Below the pieces are notes generated by a model that worked only from the letters and a program-made list of their open reading frames with translations, ran no database searches and had not been told where the DNA came from. This document shows positions 35,859 to 49,900 of a DNA stretch of 64,000 nucleotides, one piece after another. The translations under genes and the position numbers were made by a program. Positions within the stretch are counted from its first letter, which is position 1, and the number at the start of each line of letters is the position of its first letter. Source of the DNA: Lingula anatina (taxonomy: Eukaryota > Animalia > Brachiopoda); contig CM120643.1 in NCBI GenBank assembly GCA_051362555.1, forward strand, positions 2,542,001 to 2,606,000, in the 5' to 3' direction.

Positions 35859-38265
35859 GCTGTAATATTAATGAAGGTAATTTCATCCAACTCGTATGGA
35901 AAAACAACTTCCCTGTGTTTTTCACTGATAAGGAAATCTTTTCATTTCATAGTCCCACTCTCTTTTCAGAATTATTCCAAATTCTTGGAATAATAAGCAA
36001 GATATTGATCAATTAAAATGACACCGTCTCTTTTTTTGTCAAAATGTAGAGAAGAATCGTGGTGCTCAGATATTTAAAACCCTTGATTAACCTCCCACAA
36101 TGACAATAATTCGAAAGCTCTCTCAGTCGGTGCATTCAATTTATCATTATATGCCCTCGGGAATAGAATTTTCTCAGAAATCTGGTTATTAGTTCCCACT
36201 TGATGAATGTTCAGGAATCCTTATCTTTTCCTTGTATGAGCTCGAGGGTGTTTTGACAATGGGAAGAGGAGGGGTGGTTTTGGGGAGAATTTTTTCTGGT
36301 TCATGTATCTACAATGTAATGGATTGTACAAACCATGCAGTTTCTAGTTTTACAATAGGTTGATTTTCTGATATAATATTAATATTGAAACTAAGTTAAT
36401 TTCTGATATTATTTATCTGTCATGAATTTTTATCTGATTGTGCTCTTCTCAGGAATGGTAATTTCGGTTTGTGCGCAGATAGCGTGATAATTGAGTTATA
36501 AAACGTTTTTGTAACACGTTTCATAAGAGTGCGTTTTTATGGAGACTGGATACCTGACATTTTGTCACGAGATGAGTGTGTATAGAAAACATCATGAGGG
36601 ATTACTTTTAAAGACAGTGCATGTAAATCAAAACAGAGTTGTATAAGAATGTGGTTTTCTTTGAGTAATTGAAATGATTAATCAAAAAACTTGGTTGCAG
36701 TTATCATTGAAACATTTCCATCGTGTGGAGGTAAATACAGGTTAAGAAGTTCAACATAAATTGAGAGCAATTTTAATCAGCAAAATTCATCAAATTCTCA
36801 CCTGACAGTTGAAGTCAGTTAACAGTTGAAATTTTGGATTATATTGCAGTTAATATACATGAAGTTGTACATTTCAATTTCTATAAGTTCATGAACAGCT
36901 CAGCACTCCTGTTTCTAATGTTTCTGATTCAGAAGCTGTTGTGAACATTAAATCCCTGGAGATGCATTTATAATTTCTCCAGACTGTCACGAAAAGCGGT
37001 GGTAAATCCAGGAAAATCGACAAAGATCTCCATCAGTTAATGTTTCCTTTCCAATTGATCCACAGACCATTTGAAATAAAGCTAGTTTCACAGTTCTGGT
37101 CTTCTGATGTTACCATCTATGAATAATAGTAACCTAAATAATACCTGACAATTAGCTTTTATTACATCTAAGACATGAAAGATGGCAACAGAAGAGTGTT
37201 AATCCATTATGAATTGAGATTATATTCATTTAATCCAGTCATCATCTTGAAAAATAATTATTTTCAGAACATGAATGTGAATATTCCTTTTGAAGGATTT
37301 CCCACTTAACATGTGAGAAAATGAGTAAAGAAAGTGAATTGGTTTTGTAAGGGGTATTCAGAAACTGAGCAAACAAAGGAGTAGAGGGGGCAATGTCCCT
37401 TTTTTACTGGTTTCCCTAAAGTTTCAAATCCATGTAACAGGTGTATAAAATGTTCTGTACACAAATCTATTACTGAAACCCTTGTTTTATTCAGTATGGA
37501 GCCGGAGTGTTAATGTTAGTAAGTGTCAGAATTGCTAATTTGAAAATTTACGTAAGTTTCCCAGATTTCATCCTGTTTTTCTCTCTTTTCCGTTTGTACA
37601 TGTGATCGGAGCATGATGTTTTTTTTTCTTTTTGTGCCGCGGTGATCTTTTACTAGATTGACGCCTGTGTGTATTGATTTTTGTGCTGTTATCAAACCAT
37701 TAGACTCGGGACAGAAAGTCACCTTGACTGGGTGGTAATAGAGAGCCTATAAATGAGGGAAAGTGGTCGTGGAAATCATTTACTTTGGCTGTCACTTCAA
37801 GTAAAGTGGGAACAAGCTGGGAGACAGTCTTCACGTTGACAGTGCTCGACTCTGGAGATTGATATCTTGGTAAATAGAAGTAGCTGTTAGATGAGTCTGA
37901 CCTTTGAAAATACTTTCTTCTCCCATACTAGTAAGGTATTTTTTATGTTGTAGAGGTGGAAAGGTCTGGAATATATATATATATTTATGTGCTACACTGG
38001 AGGTACATGTACATGTACTTTTATGTGTTCCAGTTCCACACCCTCGCTTCTAATACTAATTAAGGGAAAAGTTCTCATTTAGAGGACAGCTGTCAGAGAT
38101 TTATATATAGTAATACGTGGGCAGAGGAAAAAGGAAAAAAGGCAATATCATGTACACGACTATTTAGTTATTGATTTTGTAATAGAAGTGATTGGTAAAG
38201 GTAGGAGGACATTATTTGTCAGATCATTACCAGACTTTGAAGGCTTTCACACAGTGTAATGGAGG

Positions 38266-38269
<4 letters not shown>

Positions 38270-38330
<61 letters not shown>
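38270..38330. repeat. (TG)n followed by a ~32-nt poly-G tract
   Basis: Direct observation. Similar TG/poly-G at 38849-38891 and poly-C at 39335-39362. Confidence 0.9.
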
Positions 38331-38332
<2 letters not shown>

Positions 38333-38858
38333 TTTACTAGTCCTGGTATGCGACTTTTTGATGTAATAGGGGGCTGGGGTTTGGGTCCATTTTCTAGTAT
38401 GTGATCTGTTATGATTTGTTGAGAAGGAAATGAAACCACATCAATTGATGTGGGATTCCGAACAGCTTGAGGGTTATGTAGTAGACAGACAACGAACACT
38501 GGCGAGCTCTGGTGGATGCCTTATGTGCCAAATCGACACAAAGAGGATAGATGATGACTGTCTGATATAATAGTTAAGGGTGGTAGGGGCGTCATTAGCT
38601 AGTATGTGACTTTTTGATATAAGAGTTCAGTGGTATTTTGTGGTCAGATTGTCAAACATACAGTACTGTAATGTACTAACTGGTATAACTTTTCATGATA
38701 TTTGTATGCTATGTACCTCCCATTTAACATGTGTTTTTATGGGATCAATTACCAAATAAATCTTCCTGGTCTTTCTGCTAAGCATTAGGTGAGAAAAAAA
38801 ATATCACAGTAAGAAGAATTTATTCACCATGCTAAGAGACGGATACCGGTGTGTGTTT

Positions 38859-38889
<31 letters not shown>

Positions 38890-39762
38890 GGTCAAACAAA
38901 CTGCCTTTTTGCCTAGTAGTAGTTCAACCTTAAAGGGATATTAACTCTTCGTATGAGACCTTTATTTCACAATAAAAACCTTGTGAATAACTCATAGAAA
39001 TATAATATATTCTGTTTTACCAAGAAAACAGCAGTTATAGCTTTTATTCTGATGTTTGAACTTGTCTTTAGACCACGTGACCTCCATTGATGTCTATACT
39101 CTGTTAAAATCTCTTAAGAGACCAAACTTTTTAGAAAAAAACCAGGGACTGACTTTGAATGTAAAAATGGATTCATTAACCATTGGTAAGTATGGGAAAA
39201 TTGTTGTTTACTCCAGGAAAATTCATTTTTTGGCCGAAAAGAAGAGTTATTATTGCTTTAATCCAAATTTCATGTATGAACATATGCTATGCCAACACCT
39301 AGGTTTCCCAGTAAATAGATATATTTTTTAAAGACCCCCCCCCCCCCCCCCCCCCCCCCCCCATTTTGAAATAGCTGTTTATCTTAAGTTAGAACTATCT
39401 CTTTACGTCAAGAAATAATTTCCAGTAAAGTGGGGTCTTGCATGTTAATAGTTGATATATTAAGTCAAAGTCACCTTGACTTGGCCACCTGCCTATTTAT
39501 AATCTTCCATTGAAATTTTATTCATCATAATTTACAATAGCATGTATTATTATGATATGAGGTGGATAGGAGAGAAGGCTGGCTGGTAATTGTCTTTCAC
39601 ACGTCTATAGTGGCTGACAGGTGTTCTTGAAGGGTGAAGGTGGCCAACACTTTCTTGTTTAATTCATATTTTTATAATTCATACTGAATATTAAAGAAAT
39701 ATGTGATATTCTTCAAACGAGGAAAAAATATATGTTGAATTTATGTTTTCACTTTAATTCAT

Positions 39763-39817
<55 letters not shown>

Positions 39818-40186
39818 TTAATGATGGAAACTGATAAATGTATTGATCACTCCATGTCCATATATTTGCATATATTCTAGAAATAATTAGTGTTTTGACC
39901 TTGTTACTTTGAAATGAATATTGTGTTATGCTTTTATTACATGCACATACTGGAAAAAAGGAAACTATGAAACTTTACATCAAATAAACCTCTCAGTATT
40001 TCATTTCACATAAAAACTTTGTTAATATTTTTTCAAAATTCTTTGTGCTATATCTTAAAGGTAAACTTGCTGATATTTTAACAAACATTCACTCATTTTG
40101 ATACTTATTGATTTATCATTAAACACTGTTCTCTAAATTCCAGAAATGAGACAATGATGAACATGAAAGACATGAAAACGAACTGA

Positions 40187-41963
40187 ATGGTGCAGTTTGA
40201 GGAAGAGACAACAGTCCATCACACTGATCAACATTCCAACCATTCCCGAAGAAATCCATCAGTGCGCAGACAATCTAGCACCGTATCCACTATGGCGCTG
40301 ATGTGTTATGCATCGAAGTCGCGCCCAGTATCCATTCCCGTGGCTGTGATCGTGGCGCTGTTTGGGATCGGCTCCTGGATTGCCATCAATGGATTATGGG
40401 TAGAATTGCCACTTTTGGTCCAACGACTGCCAGAAAGCTGGGATCTCCCATCGTACCTGGCGGTCATCATCCAAATTGCCAACCTAGGACCAATCATATA
40501 CACTGTATCAAACTGTTTGGTGCCCAAACGGATCAAAGAGGTTCCTGTGGCGTATGTTGTAATTACAATGGGAATTGTATCGACATTTTTGCTTGGGTTA
40601 TTTTGGGAGCATCAAACTTACATAGCAGGAGTAAAGCACAGTACGGCATTGCTGGCTCTTGCGTTTTGTCTGGCATTTGTCGACTGCACTTCCTCGGTGC
40701 TGTTTTTACCATATATGGCAGTGTTTAAAGAACAGTACATGACTGCGTATTACATAGGCGAGGGGTTCAGCGGCTTACTTCCAAGTCTTGTGGCGCTAGC
40801 TCAAGGCGCTGGCGAGTATCAGTGTGTGAACCAAACAATTACCAATTCAACGACCAATGAAACGTCATGGCAGTTACACGCCGTGTTGGATGCTCCAAAT
40901 TTCCCAATAAAAGACTTCTTCTTTTTTCTGTTCGCCATGATGCTGACTTGTGGGATATCCTTCACAGCATTGAATTACCTACCTCTCTGTACTAGAGAGC
41001 ACTCTCCTTGTTACAAAGAGGAGTGTGACGCTGGCGACCAAGATTCAGAGGCTGGCAGTAGCAGTGATAACAGCCTCGAGTTGGATGCTGCAGAACCAAC
41101 GAACGATGCCTCGCCCAAGGACAAAAACATGCCGCACATTCACTCTGAGGCTAAATTATTAGATAGTAACATTGTTGAGAGGACGCGGTTGAAGAGGTCG
41201 ATATCTTACCATTTGCCGCAGAATACCTTTATACTTGTTCTCATACTAACTGGTTGGTTGAACGCTTTGAGCAATGGCGTATTTCCAAGTATACAAACTT
41301 ATTCTTGTTTGCCCTATGGGCAGCTAGCTTACAACCTCGCTGTCAAGTTGTCAGCATTGGCCAATCCTCTTGCTTGTCTCATAGCATTTTTCCTGCCCAG
41401 CACAAACAAGAAAGTCATCTCCTCATTGGTTGGATTGGCAACAGCCATTGGTGTTTTCATCATGGTAACGGCTGTGATGAGCCCGCACCCTGTGATGCAC
41501 AGTAGTGTATTTGGAAAGATTTTAATTGTGAGTTTTTTTTATATTATAACTTTAACTGAGATCTATCCATGTAGATAAATAGTCTGAATGAACTGAAGAA
41601 ATGATTAAGTTTTAGAGCACTTTTATCATCATTTAAAGATGACTTGATCAGGTGACAGTATGTGTTATAAATATTTCATCTTTTCCAATTCGCCTAATCT
41701 TAATTGTGGCTCTTTATACCATATTTATGTAAGTTTCCATTTTGTGATTATTTCAGGTTTTAGCATGGGTTCTTATGACGGCCTTCTTCTCCTACAGTAA
41801 GGTCATGATCGCGGTGTTGCTACGGGACGAGGGTCGTAAGGCATTGCTGTGGTGCGGAGCTGTGACCCAAGGAGGGTCATTCATCGGTGCTGTCGTGACT
41901 TTCCTATTAGTCAACGTGGCCAAACTGTTCAAAGATGCTCCGCAGTGTCCCAAAATACAATGA
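40187..41963 (+). CDS. SLC52A: Riboflavin transporter, SLC52A family, ~515 aa
   Basis: Signatures FGIGSWIAINGLWVELPLLVQRLPESWDLPSYL, DCTSSVLFLPY, GEGFSGLLPSLVALAQG, NGVFPSIQTYSCLPYG and ALLWCGAVTQGGS. Exons 40187-41527 and 41757-41963. Acceptor for the main exon at 40142-40143. Confidence 0.95.
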
Positions 41964-44324
41964 TCTGATTGGATAATAGGAGTGGAAAAAAAAGGCGAAA
42001 ATATCGAGCTTGGCTGAAATATTAATATGAAAAGAACCCCTGAAGACACTGGGAGGAGTGAAAACTGTGGCATAGTGTTCATCTTTACAGACAGACCAAT
42101 TAGGCAAGGGGTGGCAAATTCAGCTAACCCAATCTGTGTCACTAAGTGTTTTGATCTATTTCAAAGAAAAGAACTACGATCAATGATCAAATATTGTTGA
42201 ATTATCCGGTGTTTTTGTTGTTATATACAGATGCTGTTAGAGACAGAAGGTGACAGTAAAATAAGCTGACCAAAGTTAAAATAGATTATATTATAATAAT
42301 TTATCTGTGTGTTATTCGTGTCCCTGGTAATGATTTTAAATCTAAAAGATGTCAATACTGGATTTTAAGGGTCTATTTTTTTTTTTTTTTGGGGGGGGAG
42401 GGGGGAAAGGGGGGGGGTCACATTGGGCTTTCCTTGTTTGCTATAGAATGTATTTGATAACAGTATGTTCACAAGTCATGATCACCTCTACAATGTTCAC
42501 TGTAAAGATGGCAACCCATGGTACCGTAGGAATTCCTTGAAAAGTTCCAGAAATTGTTAACTCTAAATTGCTTCTTACCAATTAAAGATTCAGGTACACT
42601 TAATCTATTGGTGAAGTATTTAATACTAGTTTCAGGTATGATGAACTGTTACAAACTTGAGATTAAAAAAAAATGCATCTAGCTCAGTGGTGTCAGTATC
42701 AAGTTTCTGTTTACCTCATTGAAAATATAACATTGTACTTTGCTATCAATAATTCAGTTTAAATGTCCATATTTCAATTTTTTCACGTGTGAATTCCAGT
42801 GGTATTTGATTGACAGGTATATTAAATAGGTAATATCCATTGTATGGAACCACTTAAGTAGGTTAGTATTCTAAATGGACATTTTTTATCTTTTGATTGT
42901 CAGGATAAGCTTTGATTAAATATAAAAAAAAAAAAACTTTTAAAGTATGGAGGTTTCAAAATGAAGCTGGCACACGTCGCACTAAAAGTCCAGCTATTCT
43001 TAAATGTAAATGAACGGGTGCAGCAATTCCAGTGTGTTGTTGTCCAGAATATAATTCTACACAGTCTTTTATTTATTTTAATTATTTGTGACCCACTCAG
43101 GCTAGACTAGTCATTTGCTATGGTTGATGTGTTTTTGAAGGCGTTTTAATCTGCGATATTTTACATTTCATTTGCATGCTGTTTTTCTTGGGGATTGAAG
43201 ATTCTTGGCTGTTCCCCAAGTGAGGCATTAGCTCAGAACTGTACTTTTCCTTGTGTGTTCTTTCTTTGTGGTGGTTAACCACCACATGCCAAGGACTTTC
43301 CCATTTGTTTCAACTTTGCTTTGAAATCCGATGTAATTGCTTTTTGATTAGTTTTACTTGGGACTAGAATTTTAAAACCCCTCTTGTGGATAAAGGAAAG
43401 GATCTGGGATTGGATTCCACATTCCACTTGCTGATCTTTATTTTAGATATGCTGCTGGGGATGTTTGTCTTTAAGTTTTTGTTTTTGTCAGATCATCAAT
43501 TTTTCATCACATTAGGTTAAAGATATTGAAGATTAAAAGATGAGCATTTAATATGAAGCTTAAGTGAAGCCTGAAGCTATGAAAAGCAATCTAGACTTAG
43601 TTATTGTAGCTTTGAAGAAGAGTTGATGGCAGTTTGCATCAACTTGTTGTTAGATTGGAGCACCTTGAGCTTTATGATATTTATTTAACCAGTCATATTT
43701 TCTTGTTTATATGGTATGAATTTAACTGGCTATATTTTGGAATTTAATTTTAATCATTTTATGTTTGCACATTTTAAAACTGATTTTGCACAAAAAAGAA
43801 AAACCAACATTACGTGGAATTTTATTGTTGGAATATTTCATCAGTGTGTGTTGTTTAGTTAGGCAGCTGGAGTTAATTTAATTGGAGTTTTTAGATCTAT
43901 TTTAGTTACACAGAGTGGCCAATTGCCTTTCTAGATATCTTTACATAACACACATCTTTTGTCAATTTTTCTCTGTGTGGCAGTATTTTGTTTGTGGCTT
44001 ATTTATTTTGTTCACGATGAATTTCATCATGTTGCAGTTTTATTTTATTGTCAGTTTGTGCACCTATTTGTTTTAGATGGTCAGATAGTTATTTTAAAAA
44101 TAATGGCAGCTTGTAATTATATAGTGCAATGCACAAAGATTATCATCAAAGATACTCCTAAACAAGACCATCTGCGCTTTGTGATATCATATAAGACGAA
44201 AAATGTGAGAAATCTTGTAAGGTTGGGTCAACTTTTTAGTGATAGGAGTAAACCTTGCTCCCCTGGCATTATCACCTTTATAAGATAGCAGTACTAAGTG
44301 ATACCCAAACGTGTCGAAGTTAAA

Positions 44325-44510
44325 GAGTGCATTTAGAATAGCGGACTATTTAACAGATCCATGGATCAAATATGACCAACCCGCTTGAATGGTTGTTGCG
44401 TAATCCCCACGGGAGGAGGGGGGGGAATCTGCGTCTAATTGAGAATTAAGCAGCAAGCTTTTTAGCGGGTTGCCATATTTGATCCGTGTCTGCTGTTCTG
44501 AAGGTGACCA
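44325..44510. mobile_element. MITE family A copy in the putative SLC52A 3' UTR
   Basis: gagtgcatttagaatagcggac..ggatcaaatatgacc..gcagcaagcttt..gccatatttgatcc. Confidence 0.7.
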
Positions 44511-46974
44511 TAGTGTCGTGCAGTAGACTATTTCAACAGAGTTCAAGAGAAAACAACCAGAGAAATATCTGTGTATGAATGCATAATGTAAATTCTGTCA
44601 GCTTTCATTCCTTGCCATGTTGCTTGCTATTCGGGTCATTATCTCTGACCCCTCTCCTTCAAATCATGCCAAATCTCGCTTGATTTCAGGCTAAGTCACA
44701 ACACTATCTCAGATAATTCCCATTTGCACCTCAATTTTGACCAAACCATTCCAAAGATAAAGATATAGCTTTCTCATCATTGATAGCAAAGATTATTGTC
44801 ACAATGTGAAGGTGTTAAATTATTATAAGTTGAATGAATATCATGTGTAATAAATATTGTTTATGTGAAATGATTAAGCTCTTCTTTAGTTATTCTTTGA
44901 ATATTTTTTCTTAAAGCAGTAAAATGCCCAGGAAAGAGTCACTATTTTATAATAATTGTATCTATTCATGTTATTTAATTTAACTTCCTAGAATGCCTCA
45001 AAGGGTTACCAGTATAGATATTGCTTAGGAAAAATGTTGAATATTACTGGAACTTTGAAATGGAGATTTCTCAGAAGTCAAAAAGTGACAACTTGTTTTG
45101 CAATATCAAAGCAAAGCAATTTATTCTCTACAATTTATCAATCTTACATTGTAACCATAGCAACAAATACTCAGAAGATCTCATTAGTGTATGCGGCAGA
45201 GCCACAGCAGGTATCGAGATAATTATTATCTCAATTAACATCTCAGTCTGGCCTAAAAAAAAAATAAAATTACAATCCAAACAATACTTGGCAATTTTGT
45301 ATCTTTGAGATGAGCAAGTTCATAATACACAAAATATTTAGCATCCTCTTCAGAGTGACAACTCGGTGTTGACCAGCAGCATACAGTAATGTAACCTTCG
45401 TAACAACATAACGGGCATCTCACTGTTACGACCTGAAAATGGGCCAATGACCTCTAACAAGGTCATGGGCCTTTATCTGGGTCAAGGTCATGAAAATGGA
45501 CCAGTGTTTCGTCATGAGACCATAAACTTGATATTTCTTAACACTAAAAGAATGTAGCCTTTATACTTTTCAACAGTTTGTGAAATATTTTGCACAGTTT
45601 GTCCTGCTACACTTAATTTCATAGGTACAACCACAAGATATCGCCAGGTCTCTTAAGCCAACAAAATGGCTTCCAATCCAGTTCAGACTATATCTTCATG
45701 AAGCACTTGTAGCACCACCAGTGACTTTCCTTGATTCGTAACAAGTACACAATAAATCACTGAAATCGGTAACTGAAACGAGAAACTACACGGTAACTTC
45801 AACACAACTTTGTTTTACATAATCTCTGAGTGTGGTCCAATTTTCTCTAAAATCACGAGTATCCAACTACTCACAACTTCAACCTGCTAGGTACAGGGTG
45901 TGTGACTACACATCAACAGATGATCCCATCTTTACAAGGTTTTGATTTTTCCATCCATGGACAATTTCTTACCCTATTCCTGTCTGAAAATGACCTTCAT
46001 TCAGTGCCTACGTTATAACAAATAGTGCTAACTAAATATCCAACTACATTTATTAATCATCACTCTGGTTCTAGTCTAGTTTATTCTCTAATCTTGGTTT
46101 TGAAAACCTTTAAATAATTCTGTTTCATAACTATATACACAGCCCCAGCCTTCGACCTTTGATAACAAACAGACAAGGCAGTAGTCTCCTCTTAACATAT
46201 AATGGCTCATGAGAGAGGCCTTAATAACAAAGATTTAGTTCTTCAACCCTGGACAGAAACTTAACTAATACTGTGGCTTGGTTATGGAGATACTTCAGGA
46301 AATAAGCACAAGACAGTACTCATCTTAAAATAATGGGACAGTGACCTCTATTTGGGTCAAGGTCATGGACTCCCCATCCATGTTACAATAGAAGGGCTTC
46401 TGAATATCAGAATACAATATCCGCGACTCATTAAGAACTCTTGAGTAAGTTATTATCACATATGAAGTCTTCGTCTAACTTGATTAGATCTTTTTAAAGT
46501 TTTATAGAACAATAAAGCACTTTAACATCACTTGTACACAAAGCAGCAAATAGTTTCTTAGCTGTATTGCTCTTTTCTTGTCCATAGTTTTTTCTATTTT
46601 TTTTAAATATTCCATTTGCATTTTTTATTCACTTTTCATTTTTTATTTCATTTTGCTATTTTTATATCACACCTTTTTGCATTCTATGTCTGACAAAACC
46701 TGTATCCTATATTTAGGAGCCACCAGTGAAAAACACACCTTATCAAACAATGATCCTTTTTTACATTTTTCTATTTTTATAATTTTTTCTTTTATTACTT
46801 ATCAGTAGCAATGTTTACCAAGTTGCATTTCAATGTGGCGGCAAAAAGAATTCAGCTTGATTCCAAACTTCTGCCATGAGACCAGTGCTGCCATCTACAT
46901 AATCCTGTCCAAGGTGAGCCAGTTCTGCTTGTATCAGAGGTCAGCTATGGTTGACCTTTGACCTAGAGGTCAAG

Positions 46975-49900
46975 TTAGTGCACTTCCTGGGGGCCGTCCT
47001 GTTCCCTGATGGCCTGACCTTGTTGCTTGGGTTGCATACAGGAGCGGGCCACAGACTCAAACAGCCTGAAATAGCAAGCAAAAAACATGATTCAAACAAT
47101 TTGAGTACATTCATTTAAAATACAAATAACCATTAGTGGACAACCTTTTCTTCCATCTCAGGAGAAAAAAATCTCTTCAATAAATAAGTGAATGTTTTTA
47201 ATTGTCCAATTGAATTAGAAAGAGAACTACGTATAACTCTGATACTGAAACTTAAATAAGTTACAGACTGACCAGTATCACAGTTATTTATAAACAGCTC
47301 TCAAATCTCTTCAATCCAACTGACGTAACCAAACTAAAACCACCCCATGTACAAGTAGATGAGATATGGGATGAGACTGCCACTTTGTGGAAAAGTCAGA
47401 AAATATGGCATGGGTCTAGGCCTATGGTATTTTTTTTAGGACACCAAAAGTCAGAAAACTGCTGTCAGTCAGTAAAATCTCATCTGTACATATGATATAC
47501 GAAAAACAAAAAGTTCTTACTTCTCTATCTCCGGTGCACAGTGGACAAAGTCATGATTCCAGAACTTGAAACTTGGGTTTTTGATCAGCTCAATGAAGGT
47601 GATGAGCAGGCCCCAGGGGTGGGGGCGGTTCACTATCAACCTCTCCAGGAGAACCCTGGGGACAAAAACATAGGAAAAATCTTAATCTTGATCGTTGTAA
47701 ACATTTTAACACCAGAAAGATGCATCTATGAAGATCTACTATAAAGATGTAATATACAATCCAAGCTTTCAGCCCCTAGGCCTTCTTCAGGGATTTGATT
47801 TTTTTTTTTTTTTTTTTTTTTGAAGCTTGGTTTTCTTGACCAGCTCAATGAAGGTGATTTGAAAAAAAGAAAAAAATTCAAATCCCTGAAGAAGGCCTGG
47901 GGGCCGAAATCTTGAATTAGATATACATCTTTATAGTAGATCTTCATAATAGCACCATTATAATAACTTATCTATTTCTTAAAGATCTATACAGTAATTC
48001 CAAATGAATCTTCAAAGCACCAGAAAGAAGGACGGTGCATTTGTTTCAACTTCCACAAATGTTCCTGCAACTCGACAGCAGAGAACACCTTTGTAAAAAC
48101 AGAGTTTACTTTACCCAGCATTTACCACTAAACAGACGCTAGAAGTCTCGTCTAGCTGGCTTAATTAACTGGGAAGGAGGCAGAAAAACGCTAGTGTGTG
48201 TGTGTGTGTCTGTGTGTGCATGCATGCATGCATGGGTAATCAGAAATATGCAATTAATGTAACTCTGAGACGGAGTTTCGTACCTGGTAATCTGTTCCTG
48301 TATTGCCTCACTGTTGGCCTCAGCAAAGAGATAGAGCAAAGTACAGCTGAAGTAGTGGGTGTGACTGTTGGGATAACGCAGCTGGTTGGCTATGGCATTT
48401 AGGAACAGGTAACGACCTGAAATTAAAGCCAATATATAAATATATATACACATATAACACATACAGTGCAATACACAGATCTTTTTATACAGTAACTGTG
48501 AAAAATAAGCAATTTCTTTCTTTTATATTATAAAACAGGCACATAAATAAAAATTTACTGGACTACAACTACTAACTTATCTTTTATTTCAGTCCCACAG
48601 TAAAGACAAAATTTCGAAACTAAGCTTCTTTCGTAAAACCAGCCAAAGACCCACCTTCCGTGTCCAAATCCACGGCCAAATTCTGGAAGATATCCATGTG
48701 GGAGGAGTGCGCGATGGTGCTCATGCTCGGCTGCAGGCCCTTGCTGTGGATAAATGTGATGGCCTGGGTCCCCACGTACAGGACCAGGGCGTTGATCAGT
48801 GGGATGTTGTAACGGTTCCCAGGCTCGCTGGAGATCTGAAGACTGCTGCGAAGCTCGGACAGGAAGGTCACGGGTGACCTGGAGGTCAAGTATGAGTCCA
48901 TGTCCTGCGACAGGAAACAGTTGAATATAGAACTAGCATCATAAAAACTTCAAATTGACAAAATTTGGCTTTGAACTTTTATTTAGTACTGAAGGTGTTG
49001 TGTTCATTAGGTTTAAGAATCCAAGTACTTTACTTAAATTTGACCCAACATCTGTTCATAAAAAGGTTCTTATTACTGAAATTTACATTTTTGTCCTTCT
49101 GCACATATTATACATCCAGTTATGAAAACTATAATATACAGATTCAGATATTTTCTTTCAAACATTTTAAACATAGTAAATTATGTACAACCTCCAACCA
49201 TAAAAATAATTTTAAACTCAAATTTCAATTCTATTCCTTTTCATATATTTTCAGGGAGAACATATGGTATGAGCACTCACATTTTTAAATCCCTTGGGCT
49301 GGATCATCTTGGCAAAGTTGGTCATAATCCTAGGGGGCATGGCAATCTCCGGCAACATGTCCACCTTCAAGTTGGGCGTGAACGGATCTGGCAGACGCAT
49401 GTTGCGCGGGAATGCGCTCAGGATGAGGTTGCGCATCTGGATACAGTTAGGAGGGATGACATCACAGAAGGCGTAGTGGAAGTCGCACAGGAACTCTGGG
49501 AAATCGTGCAACAGAACCAGCAGCACACGTAATGTTCCCTGGAGATAAAATAATCAGATCCTTAGCTAATATAAACTGTTTAAACTTATCATGAATGAAG
49601 AAGTCCAATAAGAATACATAAGAATATATTTCATAAGAGTAAAAACAGTCAAAAAGACATGTCACTGTCGTCTAATCTCCATGCCCCTCTCACCTTGTAC
49701 AACAGCTGTGTTGGTTTGTCCAGATTGGCGTTACGTAAGAATGGCGCCAGGAACTTGAACAGATCGCTCAGGAGTTGTGCGTACATGCTCCACCCCTGTA
49801 ACAGGAAAAACATTATTGCTTGTTAAAGATGTGAATTATACTGTGCTATAATAAGTTGATGAGATGGTTGTAAGAATTCAGAAGGTGTGTCACACAGGTG

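Larger units (their letters stand above)
47727..47948. mobile_element. 222-bp palindromic element (arms ~90 bp) carrying hammerhead motifs; Penelope-like/retrozyme-type remnant or MITE
   Basis: tatgaagatctactataaagatgta... at 47727 mirrors ...tacatctttatagtagatcttcata ending 47948. The inner T-run and A-run extend the stem. The loop resembles the adjacent exon. Confidence 0.8.

Noticed and set aside
37745-37940. TATAAA followed by a possible donor: alternative SLC52A first exon
   Set aside because: Such motifs are frequent in AT-rich DNA and there is no independent support.
42038-42075. CUGAAGA..GAAA hammerhead-like motif in the SLC52A 3' UTR
   Set aside because: Only a 3-bp stem II and no convincing stem I or III; likely chance.
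45445-46975. TGACC/GGTCA clusters resembling nuclear-receptor response elements in the CNOT1 3' UTR
   Set aside because: Such motifs recur at several unrelated places in this window and look like repeat remnants; no functional evidence.
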